Virus record (IMG/VR): IMGVR_UViG_3300045988_103368 | Span: 1-30,137 of that record | DNA: 30,137 nt | Strand: one strand, 5' to 3' | Source: a virus | In this document: piece by piece, positions 1-9,219 of the stretch | Position numbering within the stretch: the first letter of the stretch is position 1 | How the letters are laid out: each line of letters starts with the position of its first letter | Translations under genes and position numbers: made by a program | The notes under the pieces: generated by a model | What the model was told of the DNA's origin: nothing | Databases searched by the model: none | What the model saw: only the letters and a program-made list of their open reading frames with translations

Positions 1-18
1 ATTAAAATTTAATTTCAT
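1..18 (-). CDS. First 6 codons (MKLNFN) of a gene that runs off the left edge. It is the next gene after the tail module (lysis or accessory?).
   Basis: ATG at 18-16 on the minus strand, with SD-like GAAAGGAA (26-33) 7 nt upstream. Preceded by motif copy 38-55 and terminator 60-83. Only 18 nt are visible. Confidence 0.3.
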
Positions 19-37
19 TTTATCATTCCTTTCTAAT

Positions 38-55
38 CGTAATTGATTGGGATTT
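38..55 (-). repeat. Copy 1 of the 18-nt junction motif (plus-strand text CGTAATTGATTGGGATTT; gene-sense AAATCCCAATCAATTACG).
   Basis: Identical to the copy at 20280-20297. Lies 4 nt after terminator 60-83 and 19 nt before the ATG at 18. Confidence 0.8.
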
Positions 56-59
56 CATT

Positions 60-83
60 AAAAAAACACGCCGTAAGCGTGCT
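60..83 (-). terminator. Intrinsic terminator, leftward orientation.
   Basis: Minus-strand CACGC-TTACG-GCGTG stem-loop followed by T7 (plus-strand A7 at 60-66). Confidence 0.6.
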
Positions 84-133
84 ATGGTGGTATTCGTCTG
101 TACATTTTTGATACTCCTTTCAGATTTTGCCCC

Positions 134-162
134 TTGCAAATTGTTTCCATTTGATATATACT
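134..162 (+). promoter_or_regulatory. SigmaA-type promoter of the rightward moron.
   Basis: TTGCAA (134-139), a 17-nt spacer, then TATACT (157-162). It lies 25 nt upstream of the ATG at 187. Confidence 0.6.
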
Positions 163-186
163 GAAACAAAAAGGAGGCTACAAGCT

Positions 187-729
187 ATGAAAAAATTTAT
201 ATTAGGTTTTATAACAGGCGGTATAATCTGTGCGACCGCGACAGGTTTCGCCGTAGAATATGCCGTAACGGCTAACCCGTTCCCTGTTGCCGTAAACGGT
301 ACAGAAACGGCGATTGAGGGTTACAACATCAACGATAATACATATTTCAAATTACGTGACGTTGCCGACGCTGTAGGCGGTTTCAATGTTGGTTTCAGTG
401 ACAACACTATTACGATTGATACCGATACCACCGCAGAACCAACACCGACACCGACCGTCAAGCCGTACACAACTAACTTGTCACCTTTGCCGGAACTACC
501 TATTGAAAAACGTGACGGTGTACAGTATGTCAGTATGTATGATATTAATGATATGTTAGTAACTATAGGCTTAGGCGATTATGAATTTTTCGGACACGAA
601 CTCTGTAAAAAAGACGATTTATTGAATCCAATATTAACCGATATTCCTCTATACGAAAAAGATATTGAACACATTCCGTATGATTACTATGTTTCTACCA
701 TAATACCAACTATAAACAGCTTACGTTAA
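187..729 (+). CDS. Secreted or membrane-anchored protein with a copper-amine-oxidase-N-terminal-like (stalk) domain and an unknown C-terminal domain. Moron between the tail and the next module.
   Basis: ATG at 187 with AAGGAGG (171-177) 9 nt upstream; the ORF-track start at 127 is a non-ATG extension. N-terminal hydrophobic segment FILGFITGGIICATATGFA. VAVNGTETAIEGYNINDNTYFKLRDVADAVGG...ITI resembles the Cu_amine_oxidN1 repeat of Clostridia/Bacilli surface proteins. PT-rich linker EPTPTPTVKP. Opposite strand to all neighbours, with its own promoter and terminator. Confidence 0.75.
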   Translation: MKKFILGFITGGIICATATGFAVEYAVTANPFPVAVNGTETAIEGYNINDNTYFKLRDVADAVGGFNVGFSDNTITIDTDTTAEPTPTPTVKPYTTNLSPLPELPIEKRDGVQYVSMYDINDMLVTIGLGDYEFFGHELCKKDDLLNPILTDIPLYEKDIEHIPYDYYVSTIIPTINSLR

Positions 730-734
730 TTCAG

Positions 735-763
735 CTACCCTCAAAATGAGGGTAGTATTTTTT
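735..763. terminator. Hairpin terminator between convergent genes, stronger in the plus direction.
   Basis: CTACCCTCA-AAA-TGAGGGTAG (735-755) followed by TATTTTTT. The stop of the minus-strand tail gene (762-764) lies in the T-run. Confidence 0.75.
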
Positions 764-2549
764 ATGACATTGTGTCAATTTGTTTCTTTAGGTTGTTTAC
801 TTTTTCTGTCAGTGCCTCTATTTGTTTTGATAGATTATTTATATCCTTGGTTGTTGCAACAGGACTTTCATCAACGCACAACTCGCCACCCTCAACATTT
901 ATACCCTTGAAGTCCTCATTGTTTGCTACATACGGCACTAAACGGGCATACGGTGTTGAATAATTACCGTCCTTATCCGGTTGGTAACTGTCGCCGTAGA
1001 ATTCAATACCTTTGGTGTTATTACCGGATATTCCGACACGCAACATACCCTGTATCAGACAGTCTTTCATTGTCTGAATACTTCCGGCAATAATAACTTC
1101 TCCGCTTGCGTCCATATATATAGCCGGTTCCTTGTCATTTCCGTATATTGCAAATGCGTATGTATCGCCATAATCACCTAATTTTATTTTTAATTTTTTG
1201 CCATCATCATTGTAGATATTTAGTGTAAACTTACCGCCGACATTTCCTAACTGCAAACGTTTATTACCGTCTTTGTTGTATATCGTCAGCAAATCGCCTA
1301 CAATCTTCAACAACTCGTTGTCGCTCTGCACTTCGTTTCTGTCGGTGTTGACCGTTCCTTGCACCTTGCGAATGTTTACGCTGTTATTCGCCGTCTGCCA
1401 CTTTGCAAATTTCTTTGTTTTCTCTGACGTTTGCCATAGTTCGATAAAAAAATCACGTCTGATATGACCGATTGATATATTGCTCTCTTTCGGCTCCAAC
1501 GGATATGCCTGATACTCAATTACCCTCTGCACATATTCCGTACCGTCTATGTCAAAAACGTGGACCGTGTCGCCTATTTCCAACTTTTCTGCGTCGCCGT
1601 ATTCGGATAACTTCGATAGGTCAATCAGTTTACCGCTGATTGTCAACTGCGGTACGTCAATTCTATCTTCGTTGTCCTCATCAAATTCCCACTTTGCATT
1701 GCGGTACAGTTTGTCCGCTGACGTATAGTCGCTGTAATCTTTGTACCCCTCTTGTACTCCGTATTTTTCAATATTCGGACTGTCGATATATGCCTTGCCG
1801 CCGTTTACACTGCTGACCGTTAAATCATCACTGCCGAACGCCCATAAACGCGTTATCATATCGCTTACGTTGCGTTCTATTGATATGCTTTGCATATTCT
1901 TTTCTAAACGCAGTCTGACGCCGTTATCTGTGCCGATACGTTCAACAATGGCAATGTTACATACAATGTTGTTATTACTGTCAATAGTTGTTTCGTGGAA
2001 TATCTCACCACGTCCCAAATTTTCTATTATCGTTTTTATAACGTCCCACAAATTTGTTTTGTCGGTAGAAAAAAAATCAATCAGCAGTTCATCATCTGCA
2101 ACCCACTTCATTCCCTTTTCGCTTAGCTCCACATTTGTCATAATGTGAAAAATGCAATTCTCACCTACAGACTTTTTGAATTTTGATATAATATCAACCG
2201 CCGCTTGCAATACCACTCTTGAACTTTTTCCGATATGGTCGCCGATTGTCGGTATAAACGCTTTCTGTGCCTCATATACAAAATGCGGTGTACCGTAAAC
2301 GTGCAACACATCTGTACCGCTCATATTTCGTGTTGTTCGGCTGATTTCGTAAATATGGTTATTTACGCTAACCAACATATTTTGACTGATTAGACGCGCC
2401 TTTTCATCATACGGATAATCAAATTCCAAACTACCTGTATCATTTAATATCCTTGTTTCCTTGACGTTATAGGCGTTATTCAGCACCTCGCCCGTTTCAA
2501 AACTGTCTGTATATCTGTCGTGCAATCGCATAAATGTTATCTGTCCCAT
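762..2549 (-). CDS. Tail-associated (Tal-like, prophage-tail N-terminal domain) baseplate or tip protein with a C-terminal coiled coil.
   Basis: Lies immediately downstream of Dit and overlaps it. The start was chosen at the ATG at 2549 (MGQITF...), with GGAGGA 9 nt upstream. The N-terminal region (...SLEFDYPYDEKARLISQNMLVSVNNHIYEI...) is typical of siphovirus Tal/gp37-like proteins. The C-terminal heptads are DINNLSKQIEALTEKVNNLKKQIDT. Confidence 0.8.
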   Translation of the reverse strand: MGQITFMRLHDRYTDSFETGEVLNNAYNVKETRILNDTGSLEFDYPYDEKARLISQNMLVSVNNHIYEISRTTRNMSGTDVLHVYGTPHFVYEAQKAFIPTIGDHIGKSSRVVLQAAVDIISKFKKSVGENCIFHIMTNVELSEKGMKWVADDELLIDFFSTDKTNLWDVIKTIIENLGRGEIFHETTIDSNNNIVCNIAIVERIGTDNGVRLRLEKNMQSISIERNVSDMITRLWAFGSDDLTVSSVNGGKAYIDSPNIEKYGVQEGYKDYSDYTSADKLYRNAKWEFDEDNEDRIDVPQLTISGKLIDLSKLSEYGDAEKLEIGDTVHVFDIDGTEYVQRVIEYQAYPLEPKESNISIGHIRRDFFIELWQTSEKTKKFAKWQTANNSVNIRKVQGTVNTDRNEVQSDNELLKIVGDLLTIYNKDGNKRLQLGNVGGKFTLNIYNDDGKKLKIKLGDYGDTYAFAIYGNDKEPAIYMDASGEVIIAGSIQTMKDCLIQGMLRVGISGNNTKGIEFYGDSYQPDKDGNYSTPYARLVPYVANNEDFKGINVEGGELCVDESPVATTKDINNLSKQIEALTEKVNNLKKQIDTMS

Positions 2550-3367
2550 TTGTATATATCCTCCGTTTCTGTATTCCACACATACTGTGGATAAAATGAA
2601 AATTCGACCGTTGCCGTCGTGGATAAATTTATTGTATTTGCCCCTGTTTCCAGTTCAAAAAAACTACCTTTGATTTTTTTCATAATACTGTTGCCGTTCA
2701 CGTCAGTTACCGACTGTTTGTCGCAGTCAATAACGCAGTTTTCCGACACCGTAATACTGATACCGTTACAGGTTATCGTTGTAGGTTTTGTGACGTTTGT
2801 AACACGCAAAACAGGTTTGACAGGGCGGTCGCCTGTGTTATGTATTGTACTGTCGCCTGCCGTTGTAATCGTGTAATATTCATTCGGTCCGATTGGTATT
2901 TCATCATCTAATTTAATATTTGGGTTATCCAAAATCGGACCGTCAAAAATATCAAATACCAACGCCGCCCACGTCTGCACTTTGAACGACACCGAAATAA
3001 CGGCTTTGTGTCCGTAGTTTTCGGGTTTATAATCTATTGTTTCAATAACCGACGCATTCCATTTGACATTGGGTGTGTCGTCAAATATCAACTCACCGTG
3101 TCCCATTAACCACGTTGTGATTTTTGTGATTTTGCTGTTCAGTTCAGACATATCCGCCGCCGATATTTGCAAATTCATTTTAAATACGCGATTTTTATAA
3201 AATTCACGGTTGTACGCATTTGCCGCCGAAAAATCATATTCACCGTCTATGTACGGACTGTCATACGTCTGTGTTTTCATTTCCGGTTTAATCGGACGTG
3301 ACTGCGTTTGTACAGTCACTCCGAAATCGTTTGAATGTTTGTTTTTAAAATAAAATCCGTTTCGCAT
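2537..3367 (-). CDS. Distal tail protein (Dit, Sipho_tail family).
   Basis: GGAGGT SD before the ATG at 3367. The N-terminus MRNGFYFKNKHSNDFGVTV...RP and the position directly after the tape measure are characteristic. Confidence 0.85.
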   Translation of the reverse strand: MRNGFYFKNKHSNDFGVTVQTQSRPIKPEMKTQTYDSPYIDGEYDFSAANAYNREFYKNRVFKMNLQISAADMSELNSKITKITTWLMGHGELIFDDTPNVKWNASVIETIDYKPENYGHKAVISVSFKVQTWAALVFDIFDGPILDNPNIKLDDEIPIGPNEYYTITTAGDSTIHNTGDRPVKPVLRVTNVTKPTTITCNGISITVSENCVIDCDKQSVTDVNGNSIMKKIKGSFFELETGANTINLSTTATVEFSFYPQYVWNTETEDIYKWDR

Positions 3368-3383
3368 TTTCTACCTCCGCACG

Positions 3384-6300
3384 TTATACATAGCTACCCA
3401 AAACAGCGCTGTCTGTCGTATTGATTGTGATTTTACTGTTGTTGTTATAGTTCTGCTGTTCAATCTTAATGCCCTTAATAGCCTCTATAATCTCACCCAA
3501 AGTCTTGGTTATCTTGTCATTACCGCCGCTGACTTCCTGTGTTATATCCGCCACAATACCCGTCACGTCTATACTGTCAATGTTTGTTGCAATGGACTTG
3601 ATGAAATCAGCCTTGCTGTTTTCCAACGCGTCATACTCCGCCTCCAGTTTTTCAATCGTTGCATTGTTTTTGACTTGCAGTTGATACAGCTCCTCATCAC
3701 GTTGCAGTTGTTTCATCTGCTCTTGCAGTTCTTTGTACTTCTGCTGTCCTCTGTCTGTTACTGCATTTGCGTAAATATCCAACTGCGCCTGTGTTTCGGA
3801 CATGTCAGCCTTGCGGTCCTCTACCGTCCAACTGTCCTGTAGGGCCTGTTCCTGTGCAGAAAATTCATCACGTAATTTGTTGATGTAGTCCTGTTGTTGC
3901 TGTAGCATATCGTCAAACGATTCGCCCGCTTGGTCGAACATATCGTGATTTAGTTCAGTCATATTTTCGTTGTATTCTTTGCGGCTGATTAACCCCAAAT
4001 TATAATATTCCTGTGTATACTGCTGAATACGTTTTAAACCGGCGATATATTCTTCATCAGTCATACCGTAATACTTGCGTTGTTCTTCCAACCAGTTCTT
4101 TGACTGCTCCACACGCTCCGAATACATATCCGAACCTAATTCACTTTGATACTTGTCGAACTCGTCCTGTGTCAACTCGCCGTTCGCCAATTCCTCACGG
4201 TGTCGGTCCATAACACGGTTGTACGCGTCAATCGGACTGTCGCCGTTATCTTGCCAGTCGTTAAAATATGTATGTTCACTGATGTAGTCTTTGGATATGT
4301 CGTACTCTTTTTCAATTTGTTCTTTACGTTTGTCCAAATACTCCTCGTTCAGCTTATTTTTAGCCTCGACGTATTCCTTGTGACTGATTATACCCTGTGC
4401 GTACATTTGTTCGGTGTACGTCTGTATTCTGCCGATACCGGCGATATAATCGGCGGCACTCATACCGTTGTATTTTTCTTGGTGTTCCAACCAATCACGA
4501 CTGTATTCGGTCATATTGTCGTATAACGTTGAACCTATACTTGACATTTCTGTCGTATAGTCCTCCCACGTCATACGTCCTGCCTCGACTTCCGCCATAT
4601 TGCGGTCACGAATACGGGTAAATGCGTCAATAGGATTGTCGCCGTTGTCGTCCCAGTCATTCAGTGCCGCGCGTTCTTCAATGTACGACTTTGACAGGTT
4701 GTTTAACTCTTGCGTGCGTTTCTGTGTCAGACTGAAAATCTGTTCCTCTATGTCGGCAATATCCTTGTCGTTCGACTTGAATTTTTCTTGAAATTCTAAC
4801 CACTTCTCTAATTCTTGTGCGGTCGTTACTGCGTGCGTTTTTGTGTAATGCGTCCAATCGTCCTTGGCTGATGTAAACGCGTCCGAATTGTCTTTTCCTG
4901 TTGCGTAATGCGGTATACCCATACCCGACATTATCGCCTTGGTTTGTGACGCTGTGTACACCTTTGCACCCTTTGACAACGGCAACAACACGTCCTTGCC
5001 CTGAGGTATAAATGCACGTCCTTTGTCAACGATTAATTCTCGCGGGTCAGATATACCCTTTTCATCATTAACCATTGCCAAACCGCCCTCAAAATTTTGT
5101 GTACCTTTTGCGACTTTCTTTTTGACGAACGTTCCCGTACTGCCAAACTTGGCCGCCGGAGCACTTTTATCGCTTAGTCCCTCTATAGACGAACCCTCAA
5201 CAGAAACAGTATAATGGACTGTCGCAAATTTGTCTTCGGGTTGATAGCCGTCAGGTTCTGCACTGTCTTTTGTAAATGTAACATTTCCCTCTTTTGGTGG
5301 TGCTGTATAGTTGTCGGGTTCTGTACTGTCATTAGTCCATATAACTTTACCTGTCGCAGTGATTTCGCCTAATTTATCACCGTTTAGGTCGTTAATATCA
5401 AAACCGCCTGTATCTACGTTGAATTTTATAGTGACTTGGTTGTTGTTGACTAATTCTTGTAGTTCTGAATCAGCCGTATTTAATACAGATATATCCCCCT
5501 CGGCGCTGACTTGTAAATTTACATCACCTACGCCATTTACAACATCAACCGCCCGCTGTACATCTTCAATTATGGATATATCACCGCTTGCGTTAATAGC
5601 AATATTCTTATTTTCGGGAATTAGTCCCATACTGTGTGCCAAATCATTTGCTTGCTTTGTAACTACGTCCAGTGCTCCCGCTTCCGACGCTTCTTGGATT
5701 GACCTAAAACCGTTTTGCAGTAATGCGGCTTTTGTGGCTATCTCATTTGATGACGCACCGAATTTTTGCATATCCGCAGTATAATTTGATATGAAATTAT
5801 TCAGCGTGTCCCCTCCGGCTTGCCATACATCATCAAGACTACTTTGTCCCGTTTGAACGAGAGCCGCCGTTGTCGCCCAATCACTCATTGACAAATCAGC
5901 ATTTTTAACCGCAGTAGTGATATGCTCTAACCCTTGCTCGGTGTCACCAAACTCCATTTCCAACAAACCCGCATTTGCCAACTCACGCATTGTCTTTTCA
6001 TATTCAGCCATAGTAGCTTCATTTTCAGAAATCAACGTGTTGTTGTTTGTTAGATTTTTTTCAAGTTCTTTCGACCAATCCTCTATTGCAGTACTGTTTA
6101 ACAATGCTTCTATCGGAGAATTTTTAAAATTCGGATTGCCTGTTGCTTCGGACAGTTCATTGAATTTGTTATTAAATTCTTCTTGCGAAACACTGCCTTT
6201 GTCATATGCGTCTTTTAGCATTAATAGTTCACTTCTGTAATCCGCTGTTGCTTGTTGCTGTTTTTTTATTCCCTCAACATTTTCATTATACAGTTCTCTG

Positions 6301-8615
6301 CTTGATTTAGCGTCTTCGTAATCATCTTTTTTGTTGTTGCCGTAATCGGTTAAATCCGGAATATTCTGCTTCGCCTCAAGATAATTGACACGTTTCATTT
6401 TTTCGATTGCCTCGTCAAGTTCAGCGTCATTTACACTGATGTCCATATTGTACTTCTCGGCCAACAAATTCTTGATTTCCTCAATTCGTTGTTTGGACTG
6501 TTGTAGTGTTGTTTCATCAGTGTCCGGATTATTAACTACTTGTTGTAGGTTTCGTAACTCCCATTGTAGACTGTTTAAATCACGTGCGGCATCTGCATAA
6601 GTTTTTGTTTTATCTGATAATTCGTTACCACCACGCGACCAATCCTTGCTGTATTCCTCATATTTGCGTGCCGCCTTATACAATACAACCGTAGCTGTTG
6701 CCATTGCACCTAAACTCAGCACCGCCGGTCCTGCCACCGCGCCGATACTCGCCAACGTTGGTGCAAACTTTGCCAATGCTCCGCCTGCTGAAAATGCCTT
6801 TTTGATGTTGCCTACTGCCTCAACGGTGTTACCCGCCCATTTGATTAGTCCTGTCGAACCTTTTGTTATCGCCCCCATTGCAACGACAGTCGCTCCGGCG
6901 GTAATTATGTTTTTCTTTTGCGCGTCGTCCATTGACGCAATTTTTTGTGTGTACTGCGACACGCCGTTTGATACATCAACAATAGTCGGCAACATTAAAT
7001 CACCGAATGAACGTGCAATTTCAACAACGTTATTCTTTGCAACAGACAATTTACTTGCTGTTGTTTCAGCCTTGGCGTCAAATTCTTCTTGCAGTGCGGT
7101 GTTTTCTTGATATGCTGTGTTTGAACGTTCAACACTCGCCGTAACTAAATCATAGCCATTGACTAATGCCATCATAGCCTGTATATCCTGCGTATTGTTT
7201 ATGCCTAAATCATCTAACGCAACCGTTAGATTTTCGGCTGATTGCAAGCCTTTCAACAGTCCGTTAAACGCACCGGAGCTGTCAGTGTTCCACTGTTCTT
7301 TAAATTCTTTGGCACTTTTGCCGCTGTACTTTGCAAATGCCTTTAAACCTTCACCGCCGTTTGCAACCGCTTTTTCGATAGATAGCCACGTTCTGCCTAT
7401 CGCACTACCGCCCATTTGTGCCTCAATGCCTAATGATGATAGTGCCGCCGAATAACCCAACACGTCCGCCGCTGACATTCGTACAGATGATCCGTATTTA
7501 CCCATACGCAATGCCATTGACGCAATTTCAGATTCAGTTGTAGCACTATGGTTACCCAAATCAACGATTGCACTACCGATATTACGGATTTCATTCTGTC
7601 CGACACCCATAACGTTTTGGAATCGTGCAAGTGTAGCGGCACCTTCTTCGCCGGCCAAGTTTGTAGCCGACCCCATTTGTGCCATTACTTCCGTAAAATC
7701 AACAATATTATCGGTTGTGATACCTAATTGACCGCCTGCCGCCGCAAGTTCGTTTAATTCTGCCGTTGTCTGTGGAATGGCCGAATGTCTGTTGACACCT
7801 GTCGTGGACATCTGTATTATCTTTTGACGAATGTCCTCTAATTGTTCAGGCGTGCCGTCAACGGTTTTCTTAACATTCGCGAAATTGTCCTCAAATTGGA
7901 CTGCCGCTATAGCTGACGCAGAACCTAACCCCAACGCCGCCGTTGCGGCATACTGTATCGGTTTTGTGATTGTATCAATACTTTCGCCGACTTCTTTTAA
8001 ACCCTTTCCAGTCTGTTGCCACCTCTCGGCATTTGCGACTTTTTCGGCAGCTTTTACTCCCTTTTCGTATTCTTCATACTGTTTTGTAGCTTGGCTGACT
8101 GCTGTTTGTGCGTCCTCGTACGCCTTTTTACTGTTAGTTAAATTATTCTGTTGCTCTTGGATAGCCGAACTTACTTTTTTATGTTGCTTTTCCAATGCGT
8201 TCAATTCAGTAGTAGTCCACTGTATAGCGCGTTGATTGTCCATATAGGCCGTACTACCCTTGTTGACAATTTTATTTGCGTTTTCTAATGTGTTTATCTC
8301 ATTTTTTTTCGCAGAAATCATATTTTCAATGCTTGACTTCTGCATTTTCAACGCATTTACATTTTTGTCTACAGATTTAACGTTATCCTCATATGCTTTT
8401 TTAGTTTCTTGCAGTGTTTTACGGCTTTTTGCTATAGTGCTTCCAGTCGTCTTTAGCTGATTATTGTATTTCTCTAAACTTTTTGTTCCGGCTGTACCGC
8501 TACTCGCCTGTATATTCGCAAAATCCGCAAGTTGATTTTTGGCACTGCCTAATGTAGCCGCCAAATCCGATGCGTCACCCGTTATTCGCACTGTAATTTC
8601 GCCTATATCTGCCAT
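3384..8615 (-). CDS. Tail tape measure protein (1743 aa).
   Basis: Very long coiled-coil-rich ORF after the chaperone pair. Gly/Ala-rich hydrophobic core. TP901-type core region (...FANVKKTVDGTPEQLEDIRQKI...MGSATNLAGEEGAATLARFQNVMG...). GGAGGTG SD before the ATG at 8615. Confidence 0.95.
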   Translation of the reverse strand: MADIGEITVRITGDASDLAATLGSAKNQLADFANIQASSGTAGTKSLEKYNNQLKTTGSTIAKSRKTLQETKKAYEDNVKSVDKNVNALKMQKSSIENMISAKKNEINTLENANKIVNKGSTAYMDNQRAIQWTTTELNALEKQHKKVSSAIQEQQNNLTNSKKAYEDAQTAVSQATKQYEEYEKGVKAAEKVANAERWQQTGKGLKEVGESIDTITKPIQYAATAALGLGSASAIAAVQFEDNFANVKKTVDGTPEQLEDIRQKIIQMSTTGVNRHSAIPQTTAELNELAAAGGQLGITTDNIVDFTEVMAQMGSATNLAGEEGAATLARFQNVMGVGQNEIRNIGSAIVDLGNHSATTESEIASMALRMGKYGSSVRMSAADVLGYSAALSSLGIEAQMGGSAIGRTWLSIEKAVANGGEGLKAFAKYSGKSAKEFKEQWNTDSSGAFNGLLKGLQSAENLTVALDDLGINNTQDIQAMMALVNGYDLVTASVERSNTAYQENTALQEEFDAKAETTASKLSVAKNNVVEIARSFGDLMLPTIVDVSNGVSQYTQKIASMDDAQKKNIITAGATVVAMGAITKGSTGLIKWAGNTVEAVGNIKKAFSAGGALAKFAPTLASIGAVAGPAVLSLGAMATATVVLYKAARKYEEYSKDWSRGGNELSDKTKTYADAARDLNSLQWELRNLQQVVNNPDTDETTLQQSKQRIEEIKNLLAEKYNMDISVNDAELDEAIEKMKRVNYLEAKQNIPDLTDYGNNKKDDYEDAKSSRELYNENVEGIKKQQQATADYRSELLMLKDAYDKGSVSQEEFNNKFNELSEATGNPNFKNSPIEALLNSTAIEDWSKELEKNLTNNNTLISENEATMAEYEKTMRELANAGLLEMEFGDTEQGLEHITTAVKNADLSMSDWATTAALVQTGQSSLDDVWQAGGDTLNNFISNYTADMQKFGASSNEIATKAALLQNGFRSIQEASEAGALDVVTKQANDLAHSMGLIPENKNIAINASGDISIIEDVQRAVDVVNGVGDVNLQVSAEGDISVLNTADSELQELVNNNQVTIKFNVDTGGFDINDLNGDKLGEITATGKVIWTNDSTEPDNYTAPPKEGNVTFTKDSAEPDGYQPEDKFATVHYTVSVEGSSIEGLSDKSAPAAKFGSTGTFVKKKVAKGTQNFEGGLAMVNDEKGISDPRELIVDKGRAFIPQGKDVLLPLSKGAKVYTASQTKAIMSGMGIPHYATGKDNSDAFTSAKDDWTHYTKTHAVTTAQELEKWLEFQEKFKSNDKDIADIEEQIFSLTQKRTQELNNLSKSYIEERAALNDWDDNGDNPIDAFTRIRDRNMAEVEAGRMTWEDYTTEMSSIGSTLYDNMTEYSRDWLEHQEKYNGMSAADYIAGIGRIQTYTEQMYAQGIISHKEYVEAKNKLNEEYLDKRKEQIEKEYDISKDYISEHTYFNDWQDNGDSPIDAYNRVMDRHREELANGELTQDEFDKYQSELGSDMYSERVEQSKNWLEEQRKYYGMTDEEYIAGLKRIQQYTQEYYNLGLISRKEYNENMTELNHDMFDQAGESFDDMLQQQQDYINKLRDEFSAQEQALQDSWTVEDRKADMSETQAQLDIYANAVTDRGQQKYKELQEQMKQLQRDEELYQLQVKNNATIEKLEAEYDALENSKADFIKSIATNIDSIDVTGIVADITQEVSGGNDKITKTLGEIIEAIKGIKIEQQNYNNNSKITINTTDSAVLGSYV

Positions 8616-8630
8616 TAAAACACCTCCTAA

Positions 8631-8822
8631 TTAACCAAAAACAGCCCGCAAATACGGGCTGTCGGCTACTGTTCTGTTATTTTGCGTTGTATTTCCGCCG
8701 CTGTTATTGTTTTCTTCACTCAATGCGTCCAACATTTCAAATAACACTGTCGGATCTTGCCTGCCTACTACGTCGGGCATTAAATGATGTGCTTTAAACA
8801 TAACAGCGTAAATATCTCTTAG
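8631..8822 (-). CDS. T extension of the tail assembly chaperone, reached by a -1 programmed frameshift (GT fusion 9139->8822, then 8822->8631).
   Basis: The -1 frame is open for 63 codons from the last sense codon of the G ORF to a TAA at 8631-8633, just before the TMP SD. The slippery-like heptamer G_AAA_AAC (8822-8828) sits directly on the G stop codon. Confidence 0.6.
   Translation of the reverse strand, partial: LRDIYAVMFKAHHLMPDVVGRQDPTVLFEMLDALSEENNNSGGNTTQNNRTVADSPYLRAVFG
8637..8661 (-). terminator. Terminator-like or attenuator hairpin just upstream of the tape measure start.
   Basis: Minus-strand CAGCCCG-TATTTG-CGGGCTG followed by TTTTT. It lies inside the last codons of the T extension, 21 nt before the TMP ATG. 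Confidence 0.45.
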
Positions 8823-9139
8823 TTTTTCTCTGTTTCCTTGTCCGCTGTCACTGTTTCCTGTTCTTGCGGACTTTCGACGTTTTTTCTTGTCATATTCTCA
8901 ATATACCATATCCACGCTTGCTTACACATTTGCATTTTTTCGGCAGGATTTCTGTCTAACACATCTTGTGTTGCCTCTGTTCCCTCAAATAGGTGGTCTA
9001 CTGCTCCACCACATAGTCTGCCGATACTGTCCGTTTCCCTTGTAACGTGAATTTCCTGTATTAAACACATAGCCTCGAAATCGAACGGCTTTGATACGTA
9101 CTTTTTCTTTCCCTCTGTAAACGATAAAACTTTTTGCAT
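8819..9139 (-). CDS. Tail assembly chaperone (gpG-like).
   Basis: 106-aa acidic protein between the major tail protein and the TMP. AAAGGGA SD. Followed by a -1 frame extension. Confidence 0.8.
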   Translation of the reverse strand: MQKVLSFTEGKKKYVSKPFDFEAMCLIQEIHVTRETDSIGRLCGGAVDHLFEGTEATQDVLDRNPAEKMQMCKQAWIWYIENMTRKNVESPQEQETVTADKETEKN

Positions 9140-9168
9140 AATATATTCCCTTTCTTAATACAAATTTA

Positions 9169-9194
9169 GGGACACTAAAACTAATTAGTGTCCC
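9169..9194 (-). terminator. Stem-loop after the major tail protein gene (partial terminator or mRNA stabiliser).
   Basis: GGGACACTAA-N6-TTAGTGTCCC 10-bp stem in the 80-nt gap. Only weak U-tracts on either strand. Confidence 0.4.
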
Positions 9195-9219
9195 CTCTTT
9201 TAATGATTTTATGTCGTAA

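Noticed and set aside
7430-7642. Same-strand alternative-frame ORFs inside large genes (7430-7642 in the TMP, 11153-11404 in the capsid gene, 12270-12461 in the scaffold gene, 19376-19621 in the MTase).
   Set aside because: They are embedded out of frame in genes with strong family signatures. There is no independent translation signal.
3469-8460. Many plus-strand ORFs of 60-157 aa inside the tape measure gene (for example 5311-5784 and 6646-7110).
   Set aside because: They lie antisense to a confidently identified TMP. They have no SD sequences. Their composition is low-complexity Ser/Phe/Ala-rich, typical of the reverse frame of a Lys/Glu/Ala-rich gene.
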